Part shown: piece after piece, positions 1-8,491 of the stretch
Layout of the letters: every line of letters begins with the position of its first letter
How positions within the stretch are numbered: position 1 is the first letter of the stretch
Virus record (IMG/VR): IMGVR_UViG_3300044634_001040
DNA length: 64,000 nt
Reading direction: 5' to 3' (one strand)
Origin: an uncultured virus (IMG/VR IMGVR_UViG_3300044634_001040)
Taxonomy: Duplodnaviria; Heunggongvirae; Uroviricota; Caudoviricetes
Notes under the pieces: model-generated
What the model was told of the DNA's origin: nothing
Database searches by the model: none
What the model saw: the letters and a program-made list of their open reading frames with translations, nothing else
Translations under genes and position numbers: made by a program

Positions 1-2
1 CC

Positions 3-752
3 AAATACAACATCGATCTTAAGTTCTATTATCTATTTAATGAAAGCTTAGTTCAAAGGGCAAGGAACTATGTAGTAGATGAATTCATGAGGTCAGACTG
101 CACACATCTTATGTTTATCGATGCTGATATTGGTTTCAGACCTAATGATGTACTGTCGATGCTCGGTATTCAGACCATGCACCCGGATCAGTATGATATC
201 ATGACTGGTCCGTATCCAAAGAAAACGATTGCTTGGGAAAAGGTAAAGAAGGCGGTAGAGATGGGAAAGGCGGAGAATCCTTTCGACTTGGACTTCTATA
301 CAGCCGACTACGTGTTCAACCCAGCAAAGGGAACCACGTCTTTCCGTATTGACCAACCTATCGAAGTGAGCGAGGCTGGTACCGGATTTATGCTTATACC
401 TCGAGCCGTGTTGGAAAAATACAGAGACGCATACCCAGAACTCAAGTATATTCCTGACCACGCTCGCACGAAGAACTTCGATGGTTCGCGTGAGATCACC
501 GCTTTCTTTGATTGCATTATCGATCCTATTTCAAAGCGGTACCTGTCTGAAGATTACTTCTTCTGTCGCAAAGCAAGAGAAGTGGGAATTAAGTTGCACC
601 TGTGTCCTTGGATGGAACTGCAGCACGTCGGTTCGTATATCTTTAAGGGATCGATGGGCGCGATCGCTTCTATCGGTGAAACGCCAACCGCAGGAAAGAG
701 ATCAAACGAAAAGACATATAAAGAAAAGAAGAAACAAGCATTTAGACCGTGA
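3..752 (+). CDS. Glycosyltransferase-like (GT-A fold) protein, 5' truncated by the window edge
   Basis: Frame is open from position 3 (KYNIDLKFYYLFNESLVQRARN...). DxD motif in FIDADIGF, plus GTGFMLI and LSEDYFFC motifs of phage GT-A-like proteins. Confidence 0.7.
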   Translation, partial: KYNIDLKFYYLFNESLVQRARNYVVDEFMRSDCTHLMFIDADIGFRPNDVLSMLGIQTMHPDQYDIMTGPYPKKTIAWEKVKKAVEMGKAENPFDLDFYTADYVFNPAKGTTSFRIDQPIEVSEAGTGFMLIPRAVLEKYRDAYPELKYIPDHARTKNFDGSREITAFFDCIIDPISKRYLSEDYFFCRKAREVGIKLHLCPWMELQHVGSYIFKGSMGAIASIGETPTAGKRSNEKTYKEKKKQAFRP

Positions 753-757
753 AACAG

Positions 758-786
758 TTGACATATCATAAAAAATGTGATATAGA
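758..786 (+). promoter_or_regulatory. Sigma70-type early/middle promoter for the replication operon
   Basis: TTGACA (758-763), 17-bp spacer ending TGA, TATAGA (781-786). AGGAG RBS precedes the ATG at 820. Confidence 0.75.
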
Positions 787-819
787 TAAACTACTTAATA
801 ATGAATAGGAGACTATACT

Positions 820-1485
820 ATGAAATTTTCTGACCGCACTCTTACAATTCTCAAGAGTTTTGCTACAATCAACAAATCAATCGTACTGAAGCCTGGCCAG
901 GTCTTGCGTACGATTACTCCGGAAAAAAACTTCATCGCCATCGCAAACATTGAAGATCAGTTCCCAACCACTGCTGTTATCTATGATCTCTCACGTTTTC
1001 TTTCGATGCTGAGCCTTTATCAAGACCCAGATGTGGAATTCCTTGAAAATCATTTCATCATCTCTGAAGGCAAGCTTAAGATGAAATATGTCTATGCAGA
1101 CATCTCGATGGTCCATGCAGCTCCAGAAAAAGAAATCGCCATTCCTTCTTCCGACGTTTCGGTTAGCGTGAAATGGTCCGATCTTCAGTCTGTGATCAAG
1201 GCTGCTGGTGTTTTGCAGTTTAGCGAAATCGCATTCGTCGGCGAAGATGGCAAGTGCTTCCTTCGAGCAATCGACAGTAATAACAAATCGTCAGACGCAT
1301 TTGGTGTAGAGATTGGTACCACCAACGACACGTTTACTCTCATCCTTAAGACTGACAACTTTAAGTTGCTTCCTCAGGATTACGAAGTGACTCTCTGCGC
1401 AAAGGGTGTATCGCTCTTCAAGGGTGCTGATGTATCCTATTACGTTGGTGTTGACTCTAAGTCAACGTACAAGAAAGGAGAGTAA
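820..1485 (+). CDS. gp45: DNA polymerase sliding clamp (T4 gp45-like)
   Basis: MKFSDRTLTILKSFATINKSI N-terminus, IYDLSRFL motif, 221 aa, upstream of the clamp loader. Confidence 0.92.
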   Translation: MKFSDRTLTILKSFATINKSIVLKPGQVLRTITPEKNFIAIANIEDQFPTTAVIYDLSRFLSMLSLYQDPDVEFLENHFIISEGKLKMKYVYADISMVHAAPEKEIAIPSSDVSVSVKWSDLQSVIKAAGVLQFSEIAFVGEDGKCFLRAIDSNNKSSDAFGVEIGTTNDTFTLILKTDNFKLLPQDYEVTLCAKGVSLFKGADVSYYVGVDSKSTYKKGE

Positions 1486-1486
1486 T

Positions 1487-1678
1487 ATGTCTGAACAAGT
1501 TAACATCTCTCTTCAAGATATCTACACAGTCCTTTCTATTATCGATATCTGTGTTAAGCGCGGAGCTATCGAAGGTTCTGAGCTTACTACTGTTGGTACT
1601 ATCCGTGATAAGTTTGCTCTATTCATTGAGCAGAATAAGCCAAAGGAAACAAAGGAACCGGTAAAAACTGAAAACTGA
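1487..1678 (+). CDS. Small conserved phage protein (63 aa)
   Basis: AAGGAG RBS then ATG at 1487. Sequence MSEQVNISLQDI...IIDICVKRGAIEGSELTTVG. Confidence 0.7.
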   Translation: MSEQVNISLQDIYTVLSIIDICVKRGAIEGSELTTVGTIRDKFALFIEQNKPKETKEPVKTEN

Positions 1679-1713
1679 GCTCCAACCTTACACACCACAC
1701 CGGAGATTATATT

Positions 1714-2667
1714 ATGGCACTTGATACAAATACTGAAGAAGTACTCTGGGTTGAACGTTATCGACCCAGAGTCATTGAGGATACAATTCTTCCTCAGAAG
1801 ACTAAAGATGTCTTCAAAAGATTCGTTGCAGATAAATCCATTCCTAACCTGCTACTGACTGGTGGCCCAGGTATGGGTAAGACCACAATTGCGAAAGCAA
1901 TGCTGAACGAGCTCGGTTGCGATTACATCGTAAAGAACGGTTCGTTGAATGTTAACCTCGATACTCTTCGTTACGAGATCTCGACCTTTGCATCTTCCGT
2001 TTCATTCAGTGGTGGTCGTAAATACGTTATCCTTGATGAAGCCGACTATCTCAATGCAGCTAACGTTCAGCCTGCTCTTCGTAACTTTATCGAAGAATAT
2101 TCAAAGAACTGTGGCTTTATCTTTACGTGTAACTTTAAGAACCGTGTTATCGAGCCACTTCGTTCTCGTCTTTCTGAAGTTGACTTTACGATTGAGAAGT
2201 CAGATCGTCCAAAGATGGCTGCTCAGTTCTATAAACGTGTTCTCGCAATTCTAAACGCAGAAAACGTAGAACACGATAAGGATGTCGTCGCAAAGATTAT
2301 CGAAAGGCATTTCCCAGATTTTCGGCGTGTACTTACCGAACTTCAATCTTATGCAGCATCAGGTAGGATCGATGAGGGTATCTTCACAAACATCAAGCAG
2401 GAGTCGATCGAACAACTCTTTTTGATGTTGAAAGAAAAGAACTTCGTTGAGATGCGCAAGTGGTGTTCGAATAACAGTGACCAAGACGCGAATGAAATGT
2501 TTCGTACCATCTATGACGCCGCAACAGACCGTGTAGAACTTAAGAGTCTTCCAGGGTTTATCGTTACTCTTGCTGATTATATGTATAAGTCTAGCTTCGT
2601 TGCCGACCACGAAGTCAATATGGTTGCCTTCTTGACGGAGGTAATGTTCGAGGCCAGCTATAAATGA
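1714..2667 (+). CDS. gp44: Clamp loader large subunit (T4 gp44-like AAA+)
   Basis: LWVERYRP, Walker A GGPGMGKTT, Walker B ILDEAD, PLRSR, FPDFRR. Confidence 0.95.
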   Translation: MALDTNTEEVLWVERYRPRVIEDTILPQKTKDVFKRFVADKSIPNLLLTGGPGMGKTTIAKAMLNELGCDYIVKNGSLNVNLDTLRYEISTFASSVSFSGGRKYVILDEADYLNAANVQPALRNFIEEYSKNCGFIFTCNFKNRVIEPLRSRLSEVDFTIEKSDRPKMAAQFYKRVLAILNAENVEHDKDVVAKIIERHFPDFRRVLTELQSYAASGRIDEGIFTNIKQESIEQLFLMLKEKNFVEMRKWCSNNSDQDANEMFRTIYDAATDRVELKSLPGFIVTLADYMYKSSFVADHEVNMVAFLTEVMFEASYK

Positions 2668-2870
2668 GTTGGCTTTCTTTCTTTTCTAAAAAACCAAAAG
2701 TCTGTTTCTTTTGTAAAACAGATCTGAAAGAAAGCAGCGCGTTCACTCTGCAGTACTCATCTACAGAAGGACTTCACAGTGCAAAGATGTGCAGTGAATG
2801 CGCAAAAACTTTTGACGATTTTGCAGATATAAAGGATGAAGCGCATGCCTCAAGATTTGACTCCTTTTGA
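2664..2870 (+). CDS. Small putative zinc-ribbon protein
   Basis: CFFC ... CSEC pairs. ATGA overlap with the gp44 stop suggests translational coupling. Confidence 0.55.
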   Translation: MSWLSFFSKKPKVCFFCKTDLKESSAFTLQYSSTEGLHSAKMCSECAKTFDDFADIKDEAHASRFDSF

Positions 2871-3252
2871 TTTTGTAAAGTCTGCATCTCATAATAAGAA
2901 GGATCTTATCCGTGAGGCAGACTATCCAGAACAAGCTGAGAAGCAGTATGTTCCGTTTATTGTAAACCGAGCATTCGCTGCCTTTGAAGATAGTATACTA
3001 CATGCTAACACGATGAATATCAATCATCATCTATTCAAAGACGCGCAGTACCGGTATTATCTCGGTGCCCTGCGTCCACGCAATCGTTTTTCAAAATGGC
3101 TCAAGGAAGAGAAGAACCCAGACCTTGATGCAATTCAGGAACACTACTCGGTGAACAGAACCGTCGCAAAGATGTATCTGAAAGTTATGTCTAAGGAAGA
3201 CCTGGTTAAGCTTCATAAGAGATTCAACAAAGGTGGAGAAGCTAAATTATAA
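2845..3252 (+). CDS. gp62: Clamp loader small subunit (T4 gp62-like)
   Basis: TPFDF, YVPFIVNR, QY.YY...LRPR.RFSKWLK motifs; position after gp44. Confidence 0.88.
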   Translation: MPQDLTPFDFVKSASHNKKDLIREADYPEQAEKQYVPFIVNRAFAAFEDSILHANTMNINHHLFKDAQYRYYLGALRPRNRFSKWLKEEKNPDLDAIQEHYSVNRTVAKMYLKVMSKEDLVKLHKRFNKGGEAKL

Positions 3253-3255
3253 ATA
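3248..3255 (+). promoter_or_regulatory. T4-type late promoter (TATAAATA) upstream of regA
   Basis: Exact gp55 consensus overlapping the gp62 stop. Confidence 0.6.
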
Positions 3256-3313
3256 CTCGGATGGTCTTTATGAGCATCATCGCAATAATAATAACTATAA
3301 AGGTGAACTCATC

Positions 3314-3718
3314 ATGGAGAAAGACTTATTCCGAGGGGTTGGCGTAGAGATAACACTTCCGAATCCTGATAACTTTCTTAAGATAAAAGAAACGTTAACT
3401 CGTATTGGTATATCCTCGAAAAAAGAAAAGAAACTATATCAGTCCTGCCATATTCTACACAAGCAAGGGCGCTATGCGATTCTTCACTTTAAAGAACTGT
3501 TTATACTTGACGGTAAAGAGAATACTTTTGCTGACGAAGATAGATCTAGAAGAAACACTGTAATAAACCTCCTAGAAGAATGGGATCTACTTAAGATAGT
3601 CGACCCATCCAAGTCTGAAGATCCGGTTGCTCCACTTAGCCAGATAAAGATACTATCGCATAAAGAAAAAGATGAATGGATATTAGAACCAAAGTATAAT
3701 ATCGGAAAAAAGAAGTAA
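3314..3718 (+). CDS. regA: Translational repressor RegA
   Basis: FLKIKETLTRIGI, LYQSCHILHKQGRYAILHFKELF, EWILEPKYNIG. AAGGTG RBS before the ATG at 3314. Confidence 0.95.
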   Translation: MEKDLFRGVGVEITLPNPDNFLKIKETLTRIGISSKKEKKLYQSCHILHKQGRYAILHFKELFILDGKENTFADEDRSRRNTVINLLEEWDLLKIVDPSKSEDPVAPLSQIKILSHKEKDEWILEPKYNIGKKK

Positions 3719-3734
3719 TTTAAGGAATTATATT

Positions 3735-4244
3735 ATGAAGGCGTTTCGTTTAAATAAAAAAGCAGAACTACCAAAGTTTTCTACGACCGGTTCTGCTTGC
3801 TTTGATATTAAAGCATGTTTTGATAATAACAGCAAGATCACGTACTACAATGCTCTAAATAAAGAATCTGTATCACATGCGCGTGTTATCAATAATAAAG
3901 TATGCGTGCAGTTGTATCCAATGCAGAAAATGTTAATACCAACTGGTCTTATCTTTGATATTCCAGAAGGTCACGTCCTAAAGATATATCCGAGATCCGG
4001 TTCGTCGCTAAAAAAGAGTCTAGTTCTTGCGAATGGAACCGGTATTATAGATTCCGATTATGTAGAAGAAACATATGTGATTCTACAGAATACATCGGAT
4101 GCAGTAGTCATCATCGAGGATGGCGAACGCATTGCGCAGGCAATGCTTGAGAAGACTTTGGTGTATACCATCGAAGAAGTAGAAGAGAGACCGTCTCAGA
4201 AGACGGAAAGAAACGGAGGTTTCGGAAGCACCGGGATCTCTTAA
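3735..4244 (+). CDS. dut: Trimeric dUTPase
   Basis: GSACFD, IPTGL, PRSG, GIIDSDY, RNGGFGSTG motifs. Confidence 0.95.
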   Translation: MKAFRLNKKAELPKFSTTGSACFDIKACFDNNSKITYYNALNKESVSHARVINNKVCVQLYPMQKMLIPTGLIFDIPEGHVLKIYPRSGSSLKKSLVLANGTGIIDSDYVEETYVILQNTSDAVVIIEDGERIAQAMLEKTLVYTIEEVEERPSQKTERNGGFGSTGIS

Positions 4245-4267
4245 CACGCAACACACAGGAGAACAAG

Positions 4268-4489
4268 ATGACCACTAAGAACCCATTCGAGATCCGCGCA
4301 GAGATCCTTCAGCTTGCCAAGGATTATATGGATCAAAGCTATCATATGAATTTGAATTTCATGCAAAAGTCCATGGAAGAAGGTAGAAAGACCTTCGAAG
4401 AATATCAAGAAGCCGCAAAAATGTATTCTACTGACGACCTTATGAAGAAGGCTCAGGAAATGTACACCTTTGTTTCTAAGAAGGACTAA
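4268..4489 (+). CDS. Small hypothetical phage protein
   Basis: AGGAG RBS; helical 73-aa ORF NPFEIRAEILQLAKDYM...AQEMYTFVSK. Confidence 0.75.
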   Translation: MTTKNPFEIRAEILQLAKDYMDQSYHMNLNFMQKSMEEGRKTFEEYQEAAKMYSTDDLMKKAQEMYTFVSKKD

Positions 4490-4492
4490 TAT

Positions 4493-5098
4493 ATGACAGA
4501 GAAACATCACGCACCAAAGGATGTTTCTGATAGGATCGCGTTGGGCTTTACAAAGGCCCTTCGCTTTATTGCGGATACCTTCTTTAAAAAGAGATACGGT
4601 CATCGAGCTGTGGTTCTAGAGACCGTGGCGGCAGTACCAGGAATGGTCGCGGGCGCAGGATTGCATCTTAAATCTTTGCGCACAATGAAAGACGATCGAG
4701 GTTGGATTAAAGAACTTTTAGATGAAGCAGATAACGAACGTATGCATCTTATGACATTCGTTGAACTCGCAAAACCAAATATGTTTGAGCGTATCATCAT
4801 CTTAATCGCACAGGCAATCTTTGTTGGTTTCTATGCAATCGTATATTTCTTTTTTCCAAAGACTGCACATCGCATCATTGGTTACTTTGAAGAAGAAGCC
4901 GTTCGATCCTATACAGAGTTTCTTTCTGAGATAGACAGCGGAAAGATACAGAACGTTCCGGCTCCAAGGATCGCAATTGATTATTGGAAGCTGCCAGAAG
5001 ACGCAACTCTACGTGACGTTGTTCTCGTAGTAAGAGAAGATGAAGCAGGTCACAGGGATAGAAATCATGAAATGGCTGATGAACTTAATCACAAGTAA
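4493..5098 (+). CDS. aox: Alternative oxidase (ubiquinol oxidase, di-iron carboxylate)
   Basis: All iron-ligand motifs present: LETVAAVPGMV, EADNERMHL, YFEEEAVRSY, REDEAGH. Also PAPRIAIDYW. Confidence 0.93.
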   Translation: MTEKHHAPKDVSDRIALGFTKALRFIADTFFKKRYGHRAVVLETVAAVPGMVAGAGLHLKSLRTMKDDRGWIKELLDEADNERMHLMTFVELAKPNMFERIIILIAQAIFVGFYAIVYFFFPKTAHRIIGYFEEEAVRSYTEFLSEIDSGKIQNVPAPRIAIDYWKLPEDATLRDVVLVVREDEAGHRDRNHEMADELNHK

Positions 5099-5162
5099 TA
5101 TTCATAAAGATATGAGCACGCACAGAATTCATACAACAAAGTATGAAGACCTATGCATGTGA
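5067..5162 (+). CDS. Putative 31-aa micro-protein overlapping the aox 3' end
   Basis: AGGGA 8 nt upstream of ATG 5067; MKWLMNLITSNIHKDMSTHRIHTTKYEDLCM; TGA abuts the late promoter. Not in the ORF track. Confidence 0.45.
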   Translation: MKWLMNLITSNIHKDMSTHRIHTTKYEDLCM

Positions 5163-5170
5163 TATAAATA
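5163..5170 (+). promoter_or_regulatory. T4-type late promoter for hsp20
   Basis: Intergenic TATAAATA immediately before a structured leader. Confidence 0.8.
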
Positions 5171-5173
5171 AAT

Positions 5174-5258
5174 GCGGAGATGCCAATCGGGTCTCCGCTT
5201 TTATAAACCGGTCAGATGACGGTTAAACACAACTCGCTTTAATAAGGAGAAAGATATG
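5174..5258 (+). ncRNA. ROSE-like RNA thermometer in the hsp20 5' UTR
   Basis: Three hairpins: GCGGAGA/TCTCCGC, AACC-G-GTC/GAC-GGTT, and CTCGCTT pairing with SD AAGGAG with a bulged G (UCGCU ROSE motif). Confidence 0.75.
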
Positions 5259-5702
5259 AATACTCGTAGAATAAACCTAGATCTATTAAATGATCCATTC
5301 TTCATTGGTTTTGACTCGTTCTTAGATAAGTTCGATCAAATTAATAAATCCAATGCATCAAACTATCCACCATACAATTTAATTAAAACGGGCGAAGATA
5401 CATTTCTAATTGAACTTGCTGTCGCAGGTTTTAACGAGAAAGACTTTGACGTAGAACTGCATAACAGTATTCTTACTATTCGTGCTGAAGTCGCCGAAAA
5501 CGAAACAGTCACGAACTACCTTCATAAAGGGATCGCAGCAAGAAGCTTTATTCGTAAGTTTACTCTAGCGGACACGATTGAAGTAAGCAGTGTATCTCTT
5601 GAGAACGGTATGCTCAGAGTTCAATTGCTCAACGTGATACCTGAGGAAAAGAAACCAAAGAAAATTCCAATTGCAAGTAATAAAGAACTTCTTTTAGAGT
5701 GA
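5256..5702 (+). CDS. hsp20: Small heat shock protein (Hsp20/IbpA family)
   Basis: NYPPYNL, IELAVAGF, YLHKGIAARSF, LENGML, C-terminal IPI motif. Confidence 0.95.
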   Translation: MNTRRINLDLLNDPFFIGFDSFLDKFDQINKSNASNYPPYNLIKTGEDTFLIELAVAGFNEKDFDVELHNSILTIRAEVAENETVTNYLHKGIAARSFIRKFTLADTIEVSSVSLENGMLRVQLLNVIPEEKKPKKIPIASNKELLLE

Positions 5703-5705
5703 ATG

Positions 5706-5732
5706 AAAAAGGGAGCGAAAGCTCCCTTTTTT
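5706..5732. terminator. Bidirectional rho-independent terminator
   Basis: AAAAAGGGAGC-GAAA-GCTCCCTTTTTT between convergent genes. Confidence 0.9.
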
Positions 5733-7599
5733 ATTGCGCGCCGGATGGGCGTGATAGAAAGTCTAGATCGGATCTGCTAGACCCAATCACATTCACGGTT
5801 GTTGCAGGGCTTCCACCGTTAATGCTTGAACTGGTTACACTGTTATCGCTATTGTCTACATTGACATTAACTTGCTGAGCACCGCCGCCTGCTCCAGCGC
5901 CATTCACAGTTGCTATACCACTTACGGTATCTTCTGAGACAACACCCGAGAGAGCTTGTCTTAACATTACGATATTCTTAATAGCAGTATCGTAATCAAC
6001 ATCCGGAGAAGCTAGCCCTTTGATCGCGGCGCCAAAGATATATCCGCCTTCTTCTCCCATGATCGCGGCTTCTATAATAGGAACTGCTTCCTTAAGATCT
6101 TCAGCAAACTCTCTTATTCTAAGTTTTTTCCCATCAAACTGAAGTTGGCCGATCTTATCTAGAGATACGGTCAATCTATCTAATGCGTCTGCTCCTTGAG
6201 TAAGCTCATCGGCATTATCCGCCAATTTCATGAGCTGTTCAAATGGGCTATCAACACCGAAGAATGAAAGGACAGCCGTGACCGCGTTGGCCATCGTTCC
6301 TACAAAGTTACCTGCGGCAAATGCTGTAAGACCAGCGCCAATACCAACCATCGATAAGAAAAACTTGCTGCTTTCTCCAATAAAAGTATCATCTCCAGGA
6401 AGTGAGTCGCCAATAGAAAGAAGCGCAAGCACGTCACTCTTGATCTTAAGTGCCCAATCTTCATCATTCATTAAGGCAGACAGGCCTGAAATCGCACTAC
6501 CTGCACTAAAGACTGCAAGACCTGTTCCTATGCCAGTCATGGCTGCTAGGAACGTACCAGTTTCACCGAATGCTTCAGTTGTGCCGCCAAGAGAATCTTC
6601 TATCGACATTAATATTCCAACGTCGTCTTTGATCTTTTGCGCCCAGTCTGTGTTGTTTATTAATTCTGCTATACCTACGCCAGCCGAACCTGCCCCAAAC
6701 AATGCAAGACCTGCTGCGATACCACTCATGACTGCCAGGAAAGTACCGGTTTCACCGAATGATTCTAGTTTACCACCAAGAGAATCAGAAATAGATAGTA
6801 ATGTTAGGACGTTATTCTTGGTATTTTGCGCCCACTCTTCTCCACCGCCGAACCGCGCAAGCACTTCGCCAATGCCAGCAATTCCACTGCCAATGCCGAA
6901 TGCTGCAAGACCGAGAGCCAGCCCAGTCATCGCCAAACCAAACGTTCCGCCTGTAAGAAGAAAATCTATATTGCCTCCAGCGGCGTCAGAAATTGATAGT
7001 AGAGTTAATACATTATCTTTTACACTCTGAGCCCAGTTATCTACACCTAAGTAATTATTTAAGGCGTCAGCCAATCCGGCCGCTGCACTACCAACTCCGA
7101 ACGATGCTAAACCTATACCGATACCTGTCATTGCAGCTGCAAATAAGCCACCTTCTGCAAAGAACTGTAACATTCCAGCCGAGAAGGATTCAGAAATAGA
7201 GAAAAGCTCTAATACGTTTTCTTTTACTTTTGCACCATCAAAATCTTCAAGCGCTTGTAAAAAATAACCCCCACCAGCTAGCAATGCACCGATACCAAGA
7301 CCAGCTGCCCCAACACCCATGCCGATGCCAGACGCAGCGCTTCCTATTCCGCTTCCAATCCCCGATGCTACATTACCAACACTAGATACTGCGCTGCCTA
7401 TACCAGTTCCTATACTGCCAATCCCAGATAAAGCTCCACCTAAAGAGCTTCTATTTGCGCTCCCAAGCTGTGATGCCCTTTGTTGCGATGCAGACATACC
7501 TTGCTGTAAAACAAGTATGTTTGACAACACGGAGCTCTGACCAGAGATGTTCGTGTTAATAGATTCTAGGACTATTTTTAGGTCGTCTAATGTTGCCAT
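5731..7599 (-). CDS. Tape-measure-like protein (T4 gp29 analogue)
   Basis: 622 aa, Gly/Ala-rich, with about five ~60-aa repeats (WAQ..K..VL.LLSI.DSLGG...FGETGTFLA.M.GI). Lies downstream of gp26/gp51. Confidence 0.6.
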   Translation of the reverse strand: MATLDDLKIVLESINTNISGQSSVLSNILVLQQGMSASQQRASQLGSANRSSLGGALSGIGSIGTGIGSAVSSVGNVASGIGSGIGSAASGIGMGVGAAGLGIGALLAGGGYFLQALEDFDGAKVKENVLELFSISESFSAGMLQFFAEGGLFAAAMTGIGIGLASFGVGSAAAGLADALNNYLGVDNWAQSVKDNVLTLLSISDAAGGNIDFLLTGGTFGLAMTGLALGLAAFGIGSGIAGIGEVLARFGGGEEWAQNTKNNVLTLLSISDSLGGKLESFGETGTFLAVMSGIAAGLALFGAGSAGVGIAELINNTDWAQKIKDDVGILMSIEDSLGGTTEAFGETGTFLAAMTGIGTGLAVFSAGSAISGLSALMNDEDWALKIKSDVLALLSIGDSLPGDDTFIGESSKFFLSMVGIGAGLTAFAAGNFVGTMANAVTAVLSFFGVDSPFEQLMKLADNADELTQGADALDRLTVSLDKIGQLQFDGKKLRIREFAEDLKEAVPIIEAAIMGEEGGYIFGAAIKGLASPDVDYDTAIKNIVMLRQALSGVVSEDTVSGIATVNGAGAGGGAQQVNVNVDNSDNSVTSSSINGGSPATTVNVIGSSRSDLDFLSRPSGAQ

Positions 7600-7607
7600 G
7601 TCTTGGC

Positions 7608-7775
7608 CTACTTTCTCTTTTCTTCTTCTTTCTTAATGTAGTCCACTAAAAGATCGTAGTATAGATCTCTTTCAAAAGGCATAGAACTTTCAATATCAAA
7701 CATACTGTATTTGTGGTGTTGAACCATACCAAACATCTTATTATAATATATGGACAGGTTTGTATGACTCAACAT
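7608..7775 (-). CDS. gp51: Baseplate hub assembly protein (gp51-like, 55 aa)
   Basis: Hand-translated: MLSHTNLSIYYNKMFGMVQHHKYSMFDIESSMPFERDLYYDLLVDYIKKEEEKRK. TAATG overlap with the gp26 stop. Not in the ORF track. Confidence 0.8.
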   Translation of the reverse strand: MLSHTNLSIYYNKMFGMVQHHKYSMFDIESSMPFERDLYYDLLVDYIKKEEEKRK

Positions 7776-8476
7776 TAGATAAAAAAAGTTTGGGTTCCTT
7801 GTATTACGAAAGTCTTATCTTCGCCTGCTCTATTTCTATACGGTATCTCGTGTCTTATCTTAGGAATTGTATCAAAGAATTCTTTAAGCTTCTTAACGGA
7901 ATCTGCGTGAAGACTCTCAACAAAAGTGTCTACTTCTTTTTTCGTAAAGTCTTTAAAGTTATACACTTCTTCTTCTGATACTAATCTATCCATGCAAGAT
8001 AGCATTATTTCTAAGTTCTTTTCAGCGCTTGGTTTCTCTTGCGTTAAGAAGTCAAAGAATACATCTATGCTAGGATACTTTAAGAATAGAGTATATGTGT
8101 CATTAAGTTTTATTCTATTCGTATGTTTATCGTCTCTTTCTACCTTAACGTTATTTAGATCCAATTCGAGCTGCACCTCGTCTTTTGTATCCGGATCTTC
8201 GATCTTAAACTTTACGATGTTATCGATCGACTTCGCTCTTATATTAATAAGAAGATACTCTAGATCAAACAACGCAAGATCTTCGATGTCGTAATCAATT
8301 AAACAGTTATTCACGACTTGTTTCACTGAGTTTATAATCTGTGCCGGATCTTGAGTCTCTTGAGCGATGAGAAGTATCTTTTCTTCCTTTACAGTGAAGG
8401 GTCTAAACTTAACTTTCTTATCGTTCGACGGAAGTTTAAGTTCGTATATAGGTAGGGTAATCTTAGGTAGCGCCAT
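7775..8476 (-). CDS. gp26: Baseplate hub subunit/chaperone (gp26-like)
   Basis: MALPKI..P.YELKLPS, FRPFTVKEEKILL, FDLEYL..NIRAKS, ends G.QTFF. Confidence 0.9.
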   Translation of the reverse strand: MALPKITLPIYELKLPSNDKKVKFRPFTVKEEKILLIAQETQDPAQIINSVKQVVNNCLIDYDIEDLALFDLEYLLINIRAKSIDNIVKFKIEDPDTKDEVQLELDLNNVKVERDDKHTNRIKLNDTYTLFLKYPSIDVFFDFLTQEKPSAEKNLEIMLSCMDRLVSEEEVYNFKDFTKKEVDTFVESLHADSVKKLKEFFDTIPKIRHEIPYRNRAGEDKTFVIQGTQTFFI

Positions 8477-8491
8477 ATCATAGTCTCCTTA

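Noticed and set aside
6230..7030. 266-aa plus-strand ORF
   Set aside because: Antisense shadow of the Gly/Ala-rich tape-measure-like gene; no recognisable motifs.
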